A DNA stretch of 64,000 bases from Alphaproteobacteria bacterium (GTDB lineage: Bacteria > Pseudomonadota > Alphaproteobacteria > CBDBCS01). The translations under genes were made by a program, and so were the position numbers. Below the pieces are notes generated by a model. It did not search any database and was not told the origin of the DNA. It saw only the letters and a list, made by a program, of their open reading frames with translations. Every line of letters starts with the position of its first letter. Position 1 is the stretch's first letter. The stretch lies in assembly GCA_965203415.1 (NCBI GenBank), contig CBDBCS010000006.1, positions 67,942-131,941 on the forward strand. Reading direction: 5' to 3'. This document shows, piece after piece, positions 38,167 through 47,933 of the stretch.

Positions 38167-38598
38167 TCAGGCGTTCTCGACGGTGAGCCGCCCGTTTATA
38201 TCCTCGACCCCACCGGCGGGTGCCGTTCCCTCGAGCGTTGCCAATTGAGGCGCAAGTCCGCCTTCATTTGCGGGAATCGTCCGCACGATCTCGCCTTCTG
38301 GGTCGACGTACTCCAGGATGATGCTACGCGTTCCTTCGTCGAAACGCAAGCGAATTTCGCCGTTATCCGAGAAAGCGGCCAAGGCGGCTTCAGCCGCTTG
38401 GCGTTCGAATTGTTCGGCCTCCTGGGGAGAAGCTCCTCCATCCGGCGTCACCTCTCTGGGCTCGACGAAAGCTGTCACGACTTGGTCCGAGCGCAAATCG
38501 GGACTCGCACCGGGGGCCGCCGCAGGCACCAGAGGCCCGGCTACGGCTTCGGAACCCGGGGGGGCGAAAACATTAGGATTAAAACTGACCTCGGCCAT
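38167..38598 (-). CDS. FlaG-like flagellar protein
   Basis: IRLRFDEGTRSIILEYVDPEGEIVRTIPANE resembles the FlaG-family core. ATG at 38598 has an AGGAGG RBS and is preferred over 38685. Confidence 0.55.
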   Translation of the reverse strand: MAEVSFNPNVFAPPGSEAVAGPLVPAAAPGASPDLRSDQVVTAFVEPREVTPDGGASPQEAEQFERQAAEAALAAFSDNGEIRLRFDEGTRSIILEYVDPEGEIVRTIPANEGGLAPQLATLEGTAPAGGVEDINGRLTVENA

Positions 38599-38753
38599 AA
38601 GATCCTCCTTGAACTTGAAACAGAGACGGGCAGACGGCAAAACCAAACGGCAGGCCAGACAGCCCGGATCTCCTGAGTCTGACACATTATCAAAACGGTG
38701 TCAAGGCCTCGCGAGGTTTTATAAGACCGTTTCGGGCAAAAATCAAACAAAAA

Positions 38754-40160
38754 TCAAAAAAGGACGCCAGGGTTGAGAATGCCGTCCGGATCAAAAAGAG
38801 CCTTCAAACGCCGCATACAGGCCAAAGTGACAGGCGTATGAAAACGACCCAGAGCGGGCACCAAAAAGCGTCCGATGCCGTGCTCGGCACTGATGGTTCC
38901 GCCGTGAGCGACTGCCATCTGCTGGACGAGCGCCTGGATCTCGGACGCTTGGTGCTCCCAGGCTTTCGGAGACAGCTGCGCCCCGTTCGGACAGGCGACC
39001 GAATAATGGAGACTGCCGTCGCCTAAATGGCCGAAAGGGAGGCTCAAACAATCCGGGAAAAGCCTCGAGAGCTCAGATTCCAGCGTTTCGACGAAGCCAG
39101 GCAGGCGCGAGAGAGGCACGGCGATATCATTCTTGACGAGCTTCCCAAAATGGCCGGCGGCCTCGGGCGTAAGCGTGCGCAGACGCCAAAAAGTTTCTTT
39201 TTGGCGTTCGCTCTGAGCAAACCAGGCGTTCAGCAGTTTGTCGTCGTGGCGTCCGAGCTCATCCTGCCACAATTCGGCCAGAGGCAGTGTCGGATGATTC
39301 GTCGTCAGCTCTGCCAGCAGCCACCAGGCGGGAGCGGAGTCCAGCTGTAGATTCAAGCCTCCGGCTTGGACGGCGGTGCGAGCCAGAGGCCCTGATAGGA
39401 CCTCAAAAGCCGAGAGAAAGTCCTCGAAAAGAGCCCGCCAGCTGCAAAAGAGCTCCAAAGCATGCGCGAGCGAAGCAACGCCCAACAGACAGAGAACCGA
39501 TTGCTGAGGACGGCGATAGAGCTTCAAATGAGCGGCGGTCAAAATCGCCAGCGTGCCCTCGCTTCCGACCAAGAGGGGTGTCAAGGCATACCCGGCGTTA
39601 TTTTTGGGCAGCACGACGCGCTCTTTATAGATTTCGCCGGTGCCTAAGACGGCCTCCACGCCCCAGACGAGGGCCCGAGCCATGCCGTATCGAACGACAT
39701 GGATGCCCCCTGCATTGGTCGACAAAAGCCCGCCGAGCGTCGCCTGATCCTGACTTCCGAACTCCAGGGGGAAGTGGAGATGGTGCGTCTCGGCGAGGGC
39801 CCGGGCTTCGGCGAGGGTCATGCCTGCCTCTACGGTCATGGTCTGGCTCTGGGCGTCGAGGGCTCGGAGGCGTTTCATGCGCTCCAGGGTCAGTAAAATC
39901 GGCTCCGGCCCTTCTGCAGAGCCCCTGCAAGGCGTCGAGCCCCCCACGAGGCCGGTGTTGCCGCCCTGTATCTGCAGAGGCGTACGTGTTTCCCGACAAT
40001 AGCGGCAAATAGTTGCGACGTCCTCGGTCGTCCCCGGGAGCAGATGGAACCGGCACGCGCCCTCGAGGCGTTTGCGCCAGTCGGTCAAACGAGGCTGCGT
40101 TTGGTCCGGCGAGGCGAGCTCGGTATCCGAAAGACGGGCGCGCAACGCTTCCAGAGTCAC
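38754..40160 (-). CDS. FAD-linked oxidase (GlcD / D-2-hydroxyacid dehydrogenase family)
   Basis: 468 aa. FAD-binding PCMH region LLPGTTEDVATICRYCRETRTPLQIQGGNTGLVGGSTP, C-terminal GGTISAEHGIG...FDPDGILNPGV. GTG start. Confidence 0.85.
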   Translation of the reverse strand: MTLEALRARLSDTELASPDQTQPRLTDWRKRLEGACRFHLLPGTTEDVATICRYCRETRTPLQIQGGNTGLVGGSTPCRGSAEGPEPILLTLERMKRLRALDAQSQTMTVEAGMTLAEARALAETHHLHFPLEFGSQDQATLGGLLSTNAGGIHVVRYGMARALVWGVEAVLGTGEIYKERVVLPKNNAGYALTPLLVGSEGTLAILTAAHLKLYRRPQQSVLCLLGVASLAHALELFCSWRALFEDFLSAFEVLSGPLARTAVQAGGLNLQLDSAPAWWLLAELTTNHPTLPLAELWQDELGRHDDKLLNAWFAQSERQKETFWRLRTLTPEAAGHFGKLVKNDIAVPLSRLPGFVETLESELSRLFPDCLSLPFGHLGDGSLHYSVACPNGAQLSPKAWEHQASEIQALVQQMAVAHGGTISAEHGIGRFLVPALGRFHTPVTLACMRRLKALFDPDGILNPGVLF

Positions 40161-40800
40161 GATGACACAATCAACAGCAGGGGCACAGCAGAGTCACAGC
40201 AAGACCACCGCCTGATGGTGACGGGCAGACTCGAGGGCCATTCTACAGAGGCAATGCGCCAGTCGGTCAAACGAGGCTGCGTTTGGTCCGGCGAGGCAAG
40301 CTCGGTGTCTGAAAGACGGGCGCGCAACGCTTCCAGAGTCACGATGACACACTCAACAGCAGGGGCACAGCAGAGTCACAGCAAGACCACCGCCTGATGG
40401 TGACGGGCAGACTCGAGGGCCATTCTACAGAGGCAATGCGCCAGTCGGTCAAACGAGGCTGCGTTTGGTCCGGCGAGGCAAGCTCGGTGTCTGAAAGACG
40501 GGCGCGCAACGCTTCCAGAGTCACGATGACACACTCAACAGCAGGGGCACAGCAGAGTCACAGCAAGATCGCCACCTGATAGTGACGGGCGGACTCGGGG
40601 GCCATTCTACAGAGGCAATGCGCCAGTCGGTCAAACGAGGCTGCATTTGGTCCGGCGAGGCGAGCTCGATGTCCGAAAGACGGGCGCGCAACGCTTCCAG
40701 AGTCACGATGACACAATCAACAGCAGGGGCACAGCAGAGTCACAGCAAGACCGCCACCTGATAGTGACGGGCGGACTCGGGGGCCATTCTACAGAGGCAA
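40073..40800. repeat. 182-bp x4 tandem array = first 28 codons of the FAD-oxidase gene + ~95 nt upstream
   Basis: ORFs 40157..40342, 40339..40524 and 40521..40706 all begin MTLEALRARLSD(T/I)ELASPDQ(T/M)QPRLTDWR. Exact 182-nt register. Confidence 0.92.
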
Positions 40801-40928
40801 AAGGAGGCGGAAAGGCGGAAAAAACGATGCACATGGTTCTCGACCGGACGGGACCGGGACTCTTCAAAAAAAACAGACCTGCCTCCCGGAATGATTCCGG
40901 AAATGACCCCGGGAACACTCTCCTGCAC

Positions 40929-42512
40929 GATGCCTAGACCGACCCTTGGGCGAGGTCTCGCCTTCCGGCGGCACTTCCGCGGAGCGACCGCCCCCCCTAG
41001 AGGAAGCCTCCGCCTTTCGCCCCGGAATCATCCGGGACCGTGCCTCGGCCCCCCGGTGCCCCGCCCTCCCCAGCCGGCGGCACGACGAAGCGTAACGACG
41101 CACCATAGAGGGCGAAAAAGACAGAACCAGCACCCAGGATAAGCCGGAATAAACCGGGCCAACCCGGCTCAGGAGAACGCTTCTTTTCCACACTCAAGGG
41201 CTTCTTCTACGGGCGTTTTCTCATTCTCAGCTTGTGCCTCCGACAGTGATAACGATGCCTAGACCGACCCCCTTGGGCGAGGTCTCGCCTTCCGGCGGCA
41301 CTTCCGCCGAGCGGCCTGCTCCCCCTAGAGGAAGCCTCCGGCTTTCGCCCCGGAATCATCCGGGACCATGCCTCGGCCCCCCGGTGCACCGCACCCCAGG
41401 CGGCACGACGAAGCGTAACGACGCACCATAGAGGGCGAAAAAGACAGAACCAGCACCCAGGATAAGCCGGAATAAACCGGGCCAACCCGGCTCAGGAGAA
41501 CGCTTCTTTTCCACACTCAAGGGCTTCTCTACGGGCGTTTTCTCATTCTCAGCTTGTGCCTCCGACAGTGATAACGATGCCTAGACCGACCCTCTTGGGC
41601 GAGGTCTCGCCTTCCAGCGGCACTTCCGCCGAGCGGCCTGTTCCCCCTAGAGGAAGCCTCCGTCTTTCGCCCCGGAATCATCCGGGACCGTGCCTCGGCC
41701 CCCCGGTGCACCGCCCTCCCCAGCCGGCGGCACGACGAAGCGTAACGACGCACCCTAAAGGGCGAAAAAGACAGAACCAGCACCCAGAATAAGCCGGAAT
41801 AAACCGGGCCAACCCGGCTCAGGAGAACGCTTCTTTTCCACACTCAAGGGCTTCTCTACGGGCGTTTTCTCATTCTCAGCTTGTGCCTCCGACAGTGATA
41901 ACGATGCCTAGACCGACCCTCTTGGGCGAGGTCTCGCCTTCCGGCGGCACTTCCGCCGAGCGGCCTGCTTCCCCTAGAGGAAGCCTCGGTACCTCGGTGC
42001 CCCGCCCTCCCCAGCCGGCGGCACGACGAAGCGTAACGACGCACCATAAAGGGCGAAAAAGACAGAGCCAGCACCCGGGATAAGCCGGAATAAACCGGGC
42101 CAACCCGGCTCAGGAGAACGCTTCTTTTCCACACTCAAGGGCTTCTTCTACGGGCGTTTTCTCATTCTCAGCTTGTGCCTCCGACAGTGATAACGATGCC
42201 TAGACCGACCCTCTTGGGCGAGGTCTCGCCTTCCGGCGGCACTTCCGCCGAGCGGCCTGCTCCCCCTAGAGGAAGCCTCCGCCTTTCACCCCGGAATCAT
42301 CCGGGACCGTGCCTCGGCCCCCCGGTGCCCCGCCCTCCCCAGCCGGCGGCACGACGAAGCGTAACGACGCACCATAGAGGGCGAAAAAGACAGAGCCAGC
42401 ACCCAGGATAAGCCGGAATAAACCGGGCCAACCCGGCTGAGAACGCTTCTTTTCCACAATCAAGGGCTTCTCTACGGGCGTTTTGTCAGCTTGTGCCTCC
42501 GACAGTGATAGC
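40929..42512. repeat. ~325-bp x5 tandem array beginning with the last 7 codons + stop of tldD
   Basis: gatgcctagaccgaccc at 40929, 41254, 41576, 41903, 42195 (periods 325/322/327/292). tcagcttgtgcctccgacagtgata (stop + ITVGGTS) heads each unit and the real tldD end at 42486. Confidence 0.9.
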
Positions 42513-43922
42513 GTCGATTCGAACGGTCGGTTGCCCGACGCCGACGGGGACGCCTTGGCCGTTTTTGCCGCATGTCCCCATGCCGCCGTCAAGCGCAAAA
42601 TCCGTCCCAACCATAGAGACCTTGGTCATCACATCCGGGCCGTTCCCGATCAGAGTCGCACCTTTGACGGGGTGCGTGACTCGGCCGTTCTCGATTTGAT
42701 AGGCCTCTGTGCAGGTGAAAACGAAATTCCCGTTCGTGATATCCACCTGGCCGCCTCCGAAGGAGACGGCATAGAGCCCCTTGGAAACCGAGCCGATAAT
42801 CTCGCTAGGGTCGTGGGCGCCGGGCGTCATGAAGGTGTTCGTCATACGAGGCATGGGGGCGTGGCAAAAGGATTCTCGCCGGCCGTTCCCCGTAGGAGCC
42901 ATCTTCATCAGCCGCGCATTCTGGCGGTCCTGCATATAGGCCTTGAGGACCCCATCCTGGATGAGGACCGTCCTGCCGGTTGGGGTTCCCTCGTCGTCGA
43001 CGCTCAAAGAGCCGCGTCGGTGCTCCAGCGTCCCGTCATCCACGACGGTCACCGCCGAAGAGGCGACTTTTTCCCCAAGCTGCCCCGAGAAAAGAGACAG
43101 ACTCTTGCGATTAAAGTCCCCCTCCAGCCCGTGCCCCACGGCTTCATGGAGCAAAATCCCTGGCCACCCGGGGCCCAGCACGACGGGCATCTCGCCGGCG
43201 GGGGCCGGCCGGGCTTCGAGATTGACCTCGGCCTGGCGCAGAGCCTCCGAGGCGATGGTCTTCCAGTTTTCTTCCTCCAGGAAGCGATGATAGGGTTCTC
43301 GGCCGCCGCAGCTCATGCTGCCTTCCTCGCGTCGGCCGTCCTTGCTCGCAATGACCGAGACCGACAGACTCACGAGGGGACGGATGTCCGCTACCCGAAA
43401 CTGATCCGGACGGAGAATCTGGACCGCTCGCCACGAGCCCGCCAGCCGAATCGTCACCTGCTGGACACTGGAAGAGCGGCTCCGGACAAAAGCGTCTATC
43501 TTCGACAATAAGGCGATTTTATGCTCTTTCGACAAATCCATGAGCGGATCGTCGGGCCGATAGACGGCTCGGTTGGTCCGAGCGGGCATCGCCGCCGAGG
43601 TTTGCGTCCAGCCGTCGCCGACCGTTTTGACGGCCTGGCCGCTCTTCTGGAGAGCCTGAGGCGTCAGAGCCCCCGAATAGGCATACCCGGTCCGCTCGCC
43701 GAAAACGCCGCGGAGGCCGAAACCCTCGGTGAGCGTGTCGCCCGCATCTTGCAGCCGGCCTTCGGTCCAGGTGAAAAATTCGCTGCGACCGTATTCCAGA
43801 TAGAGCTCGCCATCGTCGGCGCGGTGCAAATGCGTCCCGAGGCTTTTGAAGATCTGACTTTCGTCCAGCTCGCCGTGGCGGAAGAAAATAGCGTCAGTTT
43901 GGTGAATGAGTTCCGTTTGCAT
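42486..43922 (-). CDS. tldD: metalloprotease TldD
   Basis: 478 aa. HEAVGHGLEGDFNRK zinc motif. C-terminal ...QPTVRIDAITVGGTS. Confidence 0.93.
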   Translation of the reverse strand: MQTELIHQTDAIFFRHGELDESQIFKSLGTHLHRADDGELYLEYGRSEFFTWTEGRLQDAGDTLTEGFGLRGVFGERTGYAYSGALTPQALQKSGQAVKTVGDGWTQTSAAMPARTNRAVYRPDDPLMDLSKEHKIALLSKIDAFVRSRSSSVQQVTIRLAGSWRAVQILRPDQFRVADIRPLVSLSVSVIASKDGRREEGSMSCGGREPYHRFLEEENWKTIASEALRQAEVNLEARPAPAGEMPVVLGPGWPGILLHEAVGHGLEGDFNRKSLSLFSGQLGEKVASSAVTVVDDGTLEHRRGSLSVDDEGTPTGRTVLIQDGVLKAYMQDRQNARLMKMAPTGNGRRESFCHAPMPRMTNTFMTPGAHDPSEIIGSVSKGLYAVSFGGGQVDITNGNFVFTCTEAYQIENGRVTHPVKGATLIGNGPDVMTKVSMVGTDFALDGGMGTCGKNGQGVPVGVGQPTVRIDAITVGGTS

Positions 43923-44116
43923 TCTGTTTGCATCCTGTTTGCATCTTGGGGGGCTCTTTTCGGTTCTATAGAGCGAACTCTAGCACCCTAGCAGCGAAAA
44001 GGCAAAAGCACAAGAGGCACCCTCCTCGAAAAAACAGGAAAAACAGGAAAAAACACGGACAGCCCCCCAGGCGGCCTCAGGCGGCCCCCGCTTCGTCCGG
44101 AGGGGGGCAGGTTTCT

Positions 44117-45103
44117 CTATCCTATTCCCGGGCCGCTTCCTAGGTCTTCGATCAGGTCCTCCAGCGTGAACAGGCCGTGATGTGAGCCTCGCTGGCGCGA
44201 GGCCTGATGCAGCCATAGAGCCGCATGAATAGCCCCATCGGCAAAAACGGCTCTGTCATAGGCGCGGTGGGTGAAAACGAGCTCCTGGCGAGCTTGCATG
44301 AAATGAACCGTGTGTTCCCCGACCAGTTCGCCGCCTCGGACGGCACTATAGGCGACCGGCCCCACGGGCCGCGACGTCCTCTCTTTGGAGCCGGCGGTCT
44401 CGCCGAGACCACCGAGACCACCGAGACCACCCGGGGCGTGGTAAAGCGGGGGCGTCTCCGGCGAGAGGGCCTCGAGGGCCTCTGGTGCCGAGAAGGCCGG
44501 CGGCGGCTCCTGCCGCCGGACGGCGGCAGCGGCTTCGGTGCGAGCCCGGAGAATCGCCTCGCCCAGGGCAAGAGCCGTCCCCGAAGGGGCATCCTGCTTA
44601 TGGCGATGGTGTCTCTCGACGATTTCCACGTCCGAGTGAAACGTCCCATAAAAATGCGTTTCAAAAGCCGCGAGAGCCGCGACATAGCGTTGTAAAAGCA
44701 ACATCTCGACGGAAAAATTTCGGGCGTGGAGGATCGGAATACGCGCCGACGCTCGCTTGAGTTCTCGAAAATGCGCCGGCTGGAGCCCCGTCGTCCCCAA
44801 AACAAGAGGCGCCGCGTGGGACTCACAATAGATCAGGGTCTCTGACAGGGCCTCTGGCAGGGTGAAATCCAGCATGACGCAGTTGTCTCGGGCGGCTTCG
44901 TCCTTATCGGGCCCCGGGTCGGACATCGGATCGAACATCGGATCGGACCCCGGCCAAAGCTCCCAGGTCTCACCATCGGGCGGGGCTTCGGGGAGACAGC
45001 GCGTGAAGGCCACAAAAGCCCGCGCCTGAGCCCGAAGCCGTGCTCGGAGCATCGTCCCCATACGGCCTCGGGCCCCTCGGACCAGAAAAAGAGGCTCACC
45101 CAT
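44117..45103 (-). CDS. dapB: 4-hydroxy-tetrahydrodipicolinate reductase
   Basis: VEIVERHHRHKQDAPSGTALALGEAI catalytic motif. Carries lineage-specific insertions including GGLGGLGGLG from a 9-nt x3 repeat. Confidence 0.88.
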   Translation of the reverse strand: MGEPLFLVRGARGRMGTMLRARLRAQARAFVAFTRCLPEAPPDGETWELWPGSDPMFDPMSDPGPDKDEAARDNCVMLDFTLPEALSETLIYCESHAAPLVLGTTGLQPAHFRELKRASARIPILHARNFSVEMLLLQRYVAALAAFETHFYGTFHSDVEIVERHHRHKQDAPSGTALALGEAILRARTEAAAAVRRQEPPPAFSAPEALEALSPETPPLYHAPGGLGGLGGLGETAGSKERTSRPVGPVAYSAVRGGELVGEHTVHFMQARQELVFTHRAYDRAVFADGAIHAALWLHQASRQRGSHHGLFTLEDLIEDLGSGPGIG

Positions 45104-45121
45104 GCGATTTATCCCTGCGCT

Positions 45122-46270
45122 TCACCCTTGAGGCCCCCCGTCTGGCAGCAGTTCTGCGGCGGCGAATTGAGCGACCAGCCTCTGGTCGGTGAGTTTCGTA
45201 TAGTGCTGTGTCGTTCGCAGGCTCGAATGGCCCAGCAATTCTTGGATAGTCCGTAGGTCGCCGCCGCGCTCCAGGAGATGCGTCGCGAAACTATGGCGCA
45301 GCGCGTGGGGCGTCAGCGTCTCGGGCATCCCGAGCTGACGGCGCAGCGTCCGCAGAGCCGCTTGAGCCACGCCTGCCTGAAGTCGTGCCCCCTTTTTGCC
45401 CAAAAAGAGCGGCCCTCGCGGCCGACAGGGATACGGACAAAGGTCTCGATAGGCGTAAATGAGCGCGTTCAAAACAGGCAAAACAGGGACAGAACGCGTT
45501 TTTTGGCCCTTCCCATGAACACGGAGCAACGCCGGAGAAGCCGGCAATTCCGGTGATTCCGGGGGCCCTGGTTGGGCCTCCCGTGCCTCCATCCAGGGGC
45601 CGCAATTCAGCCCCAGGGCCTCGCCGATGCGGAGTCCCGTCCCATAGAGAAAATAAAACAACGCATAATCCCGATATCGGAGCCATGGTTCCGTCTGTTC
45701 CGTCGCCTGCGGCGGCCCGTTTTCGAGCTGTTCTCGCATTCTGCCGAAAACCTGGTCGAGCTGACGCACCGTCGCCGGGCGCGGGGCTAAAGCCGCCTTC
45801 CGAGCAGTCCGAACCGCGTCGAGCGTCCCAGAAGTCAGAGCTCCATGTTTTTCGCAAAAACGCCAGAAACTCCGCAGAGCCGACATAGAGCGCGCAATAG
45901 AACGCGGATTATGTCTTTTATGCCACTTAAATTCGGCCAAACCGGCTCGAAAGTCCGAAACGCGGAGAGCCTGAAGAGACGCAAAAGAGAGGCACATCGC
46001 CCCGGTACTTTCGGGGCCCTCGGGGCTGGTGTGCCGTTTCTGTCGGCCGCCACCGCCACGGCCCCCGCCACCGGCGGCAGGCGGACCGGACGCAAGCAAG
46101 CTCAGGAAAAAACCCAGCCAGTTGAGAATGTCATTCGCATAAGCCCTCTGCGTGTGGAGGCTGAAGCCGTGCACCCAAGCGAGTTCGCTCAACCAGGTGC
46201 GCAGCATGGCTCGGAGGGCGGGCTCCAGCGGGAGCTCTGCGATTCTGCGCTCAAGAACGGTCGTAGGCAC
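45122..46270 (-). CDS. xerC: tyrosine recombinase XerC/XerD type (xerC by DUF484 synteny); GTG start at 46270 proposed
   Basis: LHTQRAYANDI N-terminal SAM-like domain. Catalytic LTPHALRHSFATHLLERGGDLRTIQELLGHSSLRTTQHYT. The upstream part of ORF 45122..46591 overlaps the DUF484 gene and looks non-coding. Confidence 0.85.
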   Translation of the reverse strand: MPTTVLERRIAELPLEPALRAMLRTWLSELAWVHGFSLHTQRAYANDILNWLGFFLSLLASGPPAAGGGGRGGGGRQKRHTSPEGPESTGAMCLSFASLQALRVSDFRAGLAEFKWHKRHNPRSIARSMSALRSFWRFCEKHGALTSGTLDAVRTARKAALAPRPATVRQLDQVFGRMREQLENGPPQATEQTEPWLRYRDYALFYFLYGTGLRIGEALGLNCGPWMEAREAQPGPPESPELPASPALLRVHGKGQKTRSVPVLPVLNALIYAYRDLCPYPCRPRGPLFLGKKGARLQAGVAQAALRTLRRQLGMPETLTPHALRHSFATHLLERGGDLRTIQELLGHSSLRTTQHYTKLTDQRLVAQFAAAELLPDGGPQG

Positions 46271-47198
46271 GCCGCCGCCACCCGACCGGGTCCAAAGAGA
46301 CGAATCGAACGAAATAATCCAGAAAACTGGTGAATTGACCTGGAAAAAAGGCTTTTTTAGACCGACTCCCGAAAACGAGGGCACTGGGGGGAACAGAGGC
46401 CTCGGCGGAGACGGCGGCAGCGGCGGGGTTATCCGGCGTCTCTGCCCCGAGACGAGCCCCAAGACGGGCATAGCACCAAGACCCCATGTGCATGGTCTGG
46501 TCGGCGAAGATCTCCCAGGAGGGCCCGTGGCGATTTTCTGTAACGATGCGTTGGTCGGGGTTCGGGAACAGAGCCGCCACGTGGCCCGCATAGAGATAGC
46601 GCACCCGCCTCTCGAGGGGCTGGTCCGAGCACGCCAAGGCTTCGTGCTCTATGACGAGGGCCATATAGTCCACGCCCAACAGCTGAGGGGCGGTCTGACG
46701 CATCCATGCGTCGGCGGCCTCGGGCGAATCGAGCTGGGACCACGCCAGACTCGCCTCATAGAGCCTGAGAAACGTCGATTCGTTTGTTTTCTGGACGGCG
46801 AGAGCCAATTTCAAAGTGTCCTCTGACTCAAAGAGTTGTTTTTTCAGAACGCGCACCTGGAGGTCTCGGATATCTCGGACCTTGGGTGTGTTCTCGGCGG
46901 GGCGCGTCCGGGGCTGTAGCAATTGTTCAAAGGCCTGGGGGTCTTTTTGGAAAACATCCGGATGCGCTCGAAACCAAGCCACGACTTGAGCCACATCCAG
47001 CGAGACGCCGGCGCCTTTTTCTTCCTCGAAATCCCGAGATTCGCCTGGTTCCGCTCTCGGTTCCATCGAAGAAGCCTCGGACGCCTCGCCACCCGGTTCT
47101 CCGTCCGGAGCGTTCGCCGGGGTGTTCGCCGGGGGGTTCGCCGGGGGGTTAGAAAGAGGCGAAGGCAACACAATAAGCCGAGTCATCTTATCAATCAT
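46251..47198 (-). CDS. DUF484-family protein (YigA-like)
   Basis: VVAWFRAHPDVFQKDPQAFEQLL... followed by a GAF-like region. Canonical position upstream of xerC. N-terminus has PPANPPANTPANAP from a 15-nt x3 repeat. Confidence 0.7.
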   Translation of the reverse strand: MIDKMTRLIVLPSPLSNPPANPPANTPANAPDGEPGGEASEASSMEPRAEPGESRDFEEEKGAGVSLDVAQVVAWFRAHPDVFQKDPQAFEQLLQPRTRPAENTPKVRDIRDLQVRVLKKQLFESEDTLKLALAVQKTNESTFLRLYEASLAWSQLDSPEAADAWMRQTAPQLLGVDYMALVIEHEALACSDQPLERRVRYLYAGHVAALFPNPDQRIVTENRHGPSWEIFADQTMHMGSWCYARLGARLGAETPDNPAAAAVSAEASVPPSALVFGSRSKKAFFPGQFTSFLDYFVRFVSLDPVGWRRRAYDRS

Positions 47199-47454
47199 TC
47201 CTCAAGAAAGCACGTAAAAACGCACACAGACAGCCCACATGCAGGTCTCCGGGCAGACAAGTCTCGTCGGTCGGCCGACAGCACGGAAAAGCACAGAAAG
47301 CAAACAGAAAGCAAAAACAACGCCAAAACGACATTTCCGTAGCGTATCTGTTGAGAACATGGACCTTGACGATGCCCCTGTAAAAAGCTACCGTGCGAGG
47401 GCGGGGGGATACTTTTGCAGGCTACTCCCAAAAAGAGAGGACAATACGAAAACC

Positions 47455-47883
47455 ATGGAACAGCGATTGAGCGTGATCACCTTGGGCGTGACGGACCTGA
47501 AGCAGTCCAGAGCCTTCTATGAAAAACTGGGCTGGAAAGTGGCTACAGAGGAACAAGCCGACTCTATCGTCGCCTTTAATTTACAGAGTTTTGTCCTGGC
47601 TCTTTACCCGTTCAAGGGATTTTCAGAAGAGCTCGGCTTATCGGTCACCAGGACCTGGCCTCCCAGCTTCACCCTAGCCTATAATGTGGACTCCGAGGAA
47701 AGAGTCAACCAGGTCCTCCAAGAGGCAGAACAGATTGGAGCTTCCATCCTCAAGCGGCCTCAGAAGGTGTTTTGGGGCGGCTATTCCGGCTATTTTGCGG
47801 ATCCGGACGGCTATTCGTGGGAGGTGGCCTTTAATCCTTTCGCGAAACTCGGCGAGGACGGAACATTCCGATGGACGCCGTAA
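47455..47883 (+). CDS. VOC / glyoxalase-bleomycin-resistance family protein, copy 1
   Basis: MEQRLSVITLGVTDLKQSRAFYEKLGW...FADPDGYSWEVAFNP, typical VOC fold motifs. ATG at 47455. Confidence 0.8.
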   Translation: MEQRLSVITLGVTDLKQSRAFYEKLGWKVATEEQADSIVAFNLQSFVLALYPFKGFSEELGLSVTRTWPPSFTLAYNVDSEERVNQVLQEAEQIGASILKRPQKVFWGGYSGYFADPDGYSWEVAFNPFAKLGEDGTFRWTP

Positions 47884-47933
47884 CAGCCGTTGCGAGCAGA
47901 ATACGCCCCAAAAGAGAGGAAAATACGAAAAGC

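Noticed and set aside
40997-42610. Small TM-helix peptide encoded in the tldD-anchored units (MSVEKKRSPEPGWPGLFRLILGAGSVFFALYGASLRFVV..., ORFs 40997..41197 and within 42266..42610)
   Set aside because: The frame is intact in only two of five units. Other copies switch frame through indels (e.g. 41325..41516 starts in one frame and ends in another), so there is no evidence of selection for coding.
45122-46270. The tyrosine recombinase as a phage/ICE integrase linked to the tRNA-Ser / RepC module
   Set aside because: It lies 44 kb away, sits in the canonical DUF484-xerC arrangement next to dapB, and has XerC/D-type motifs. It is therefore a housekeeping dimer-resolution recombinase.
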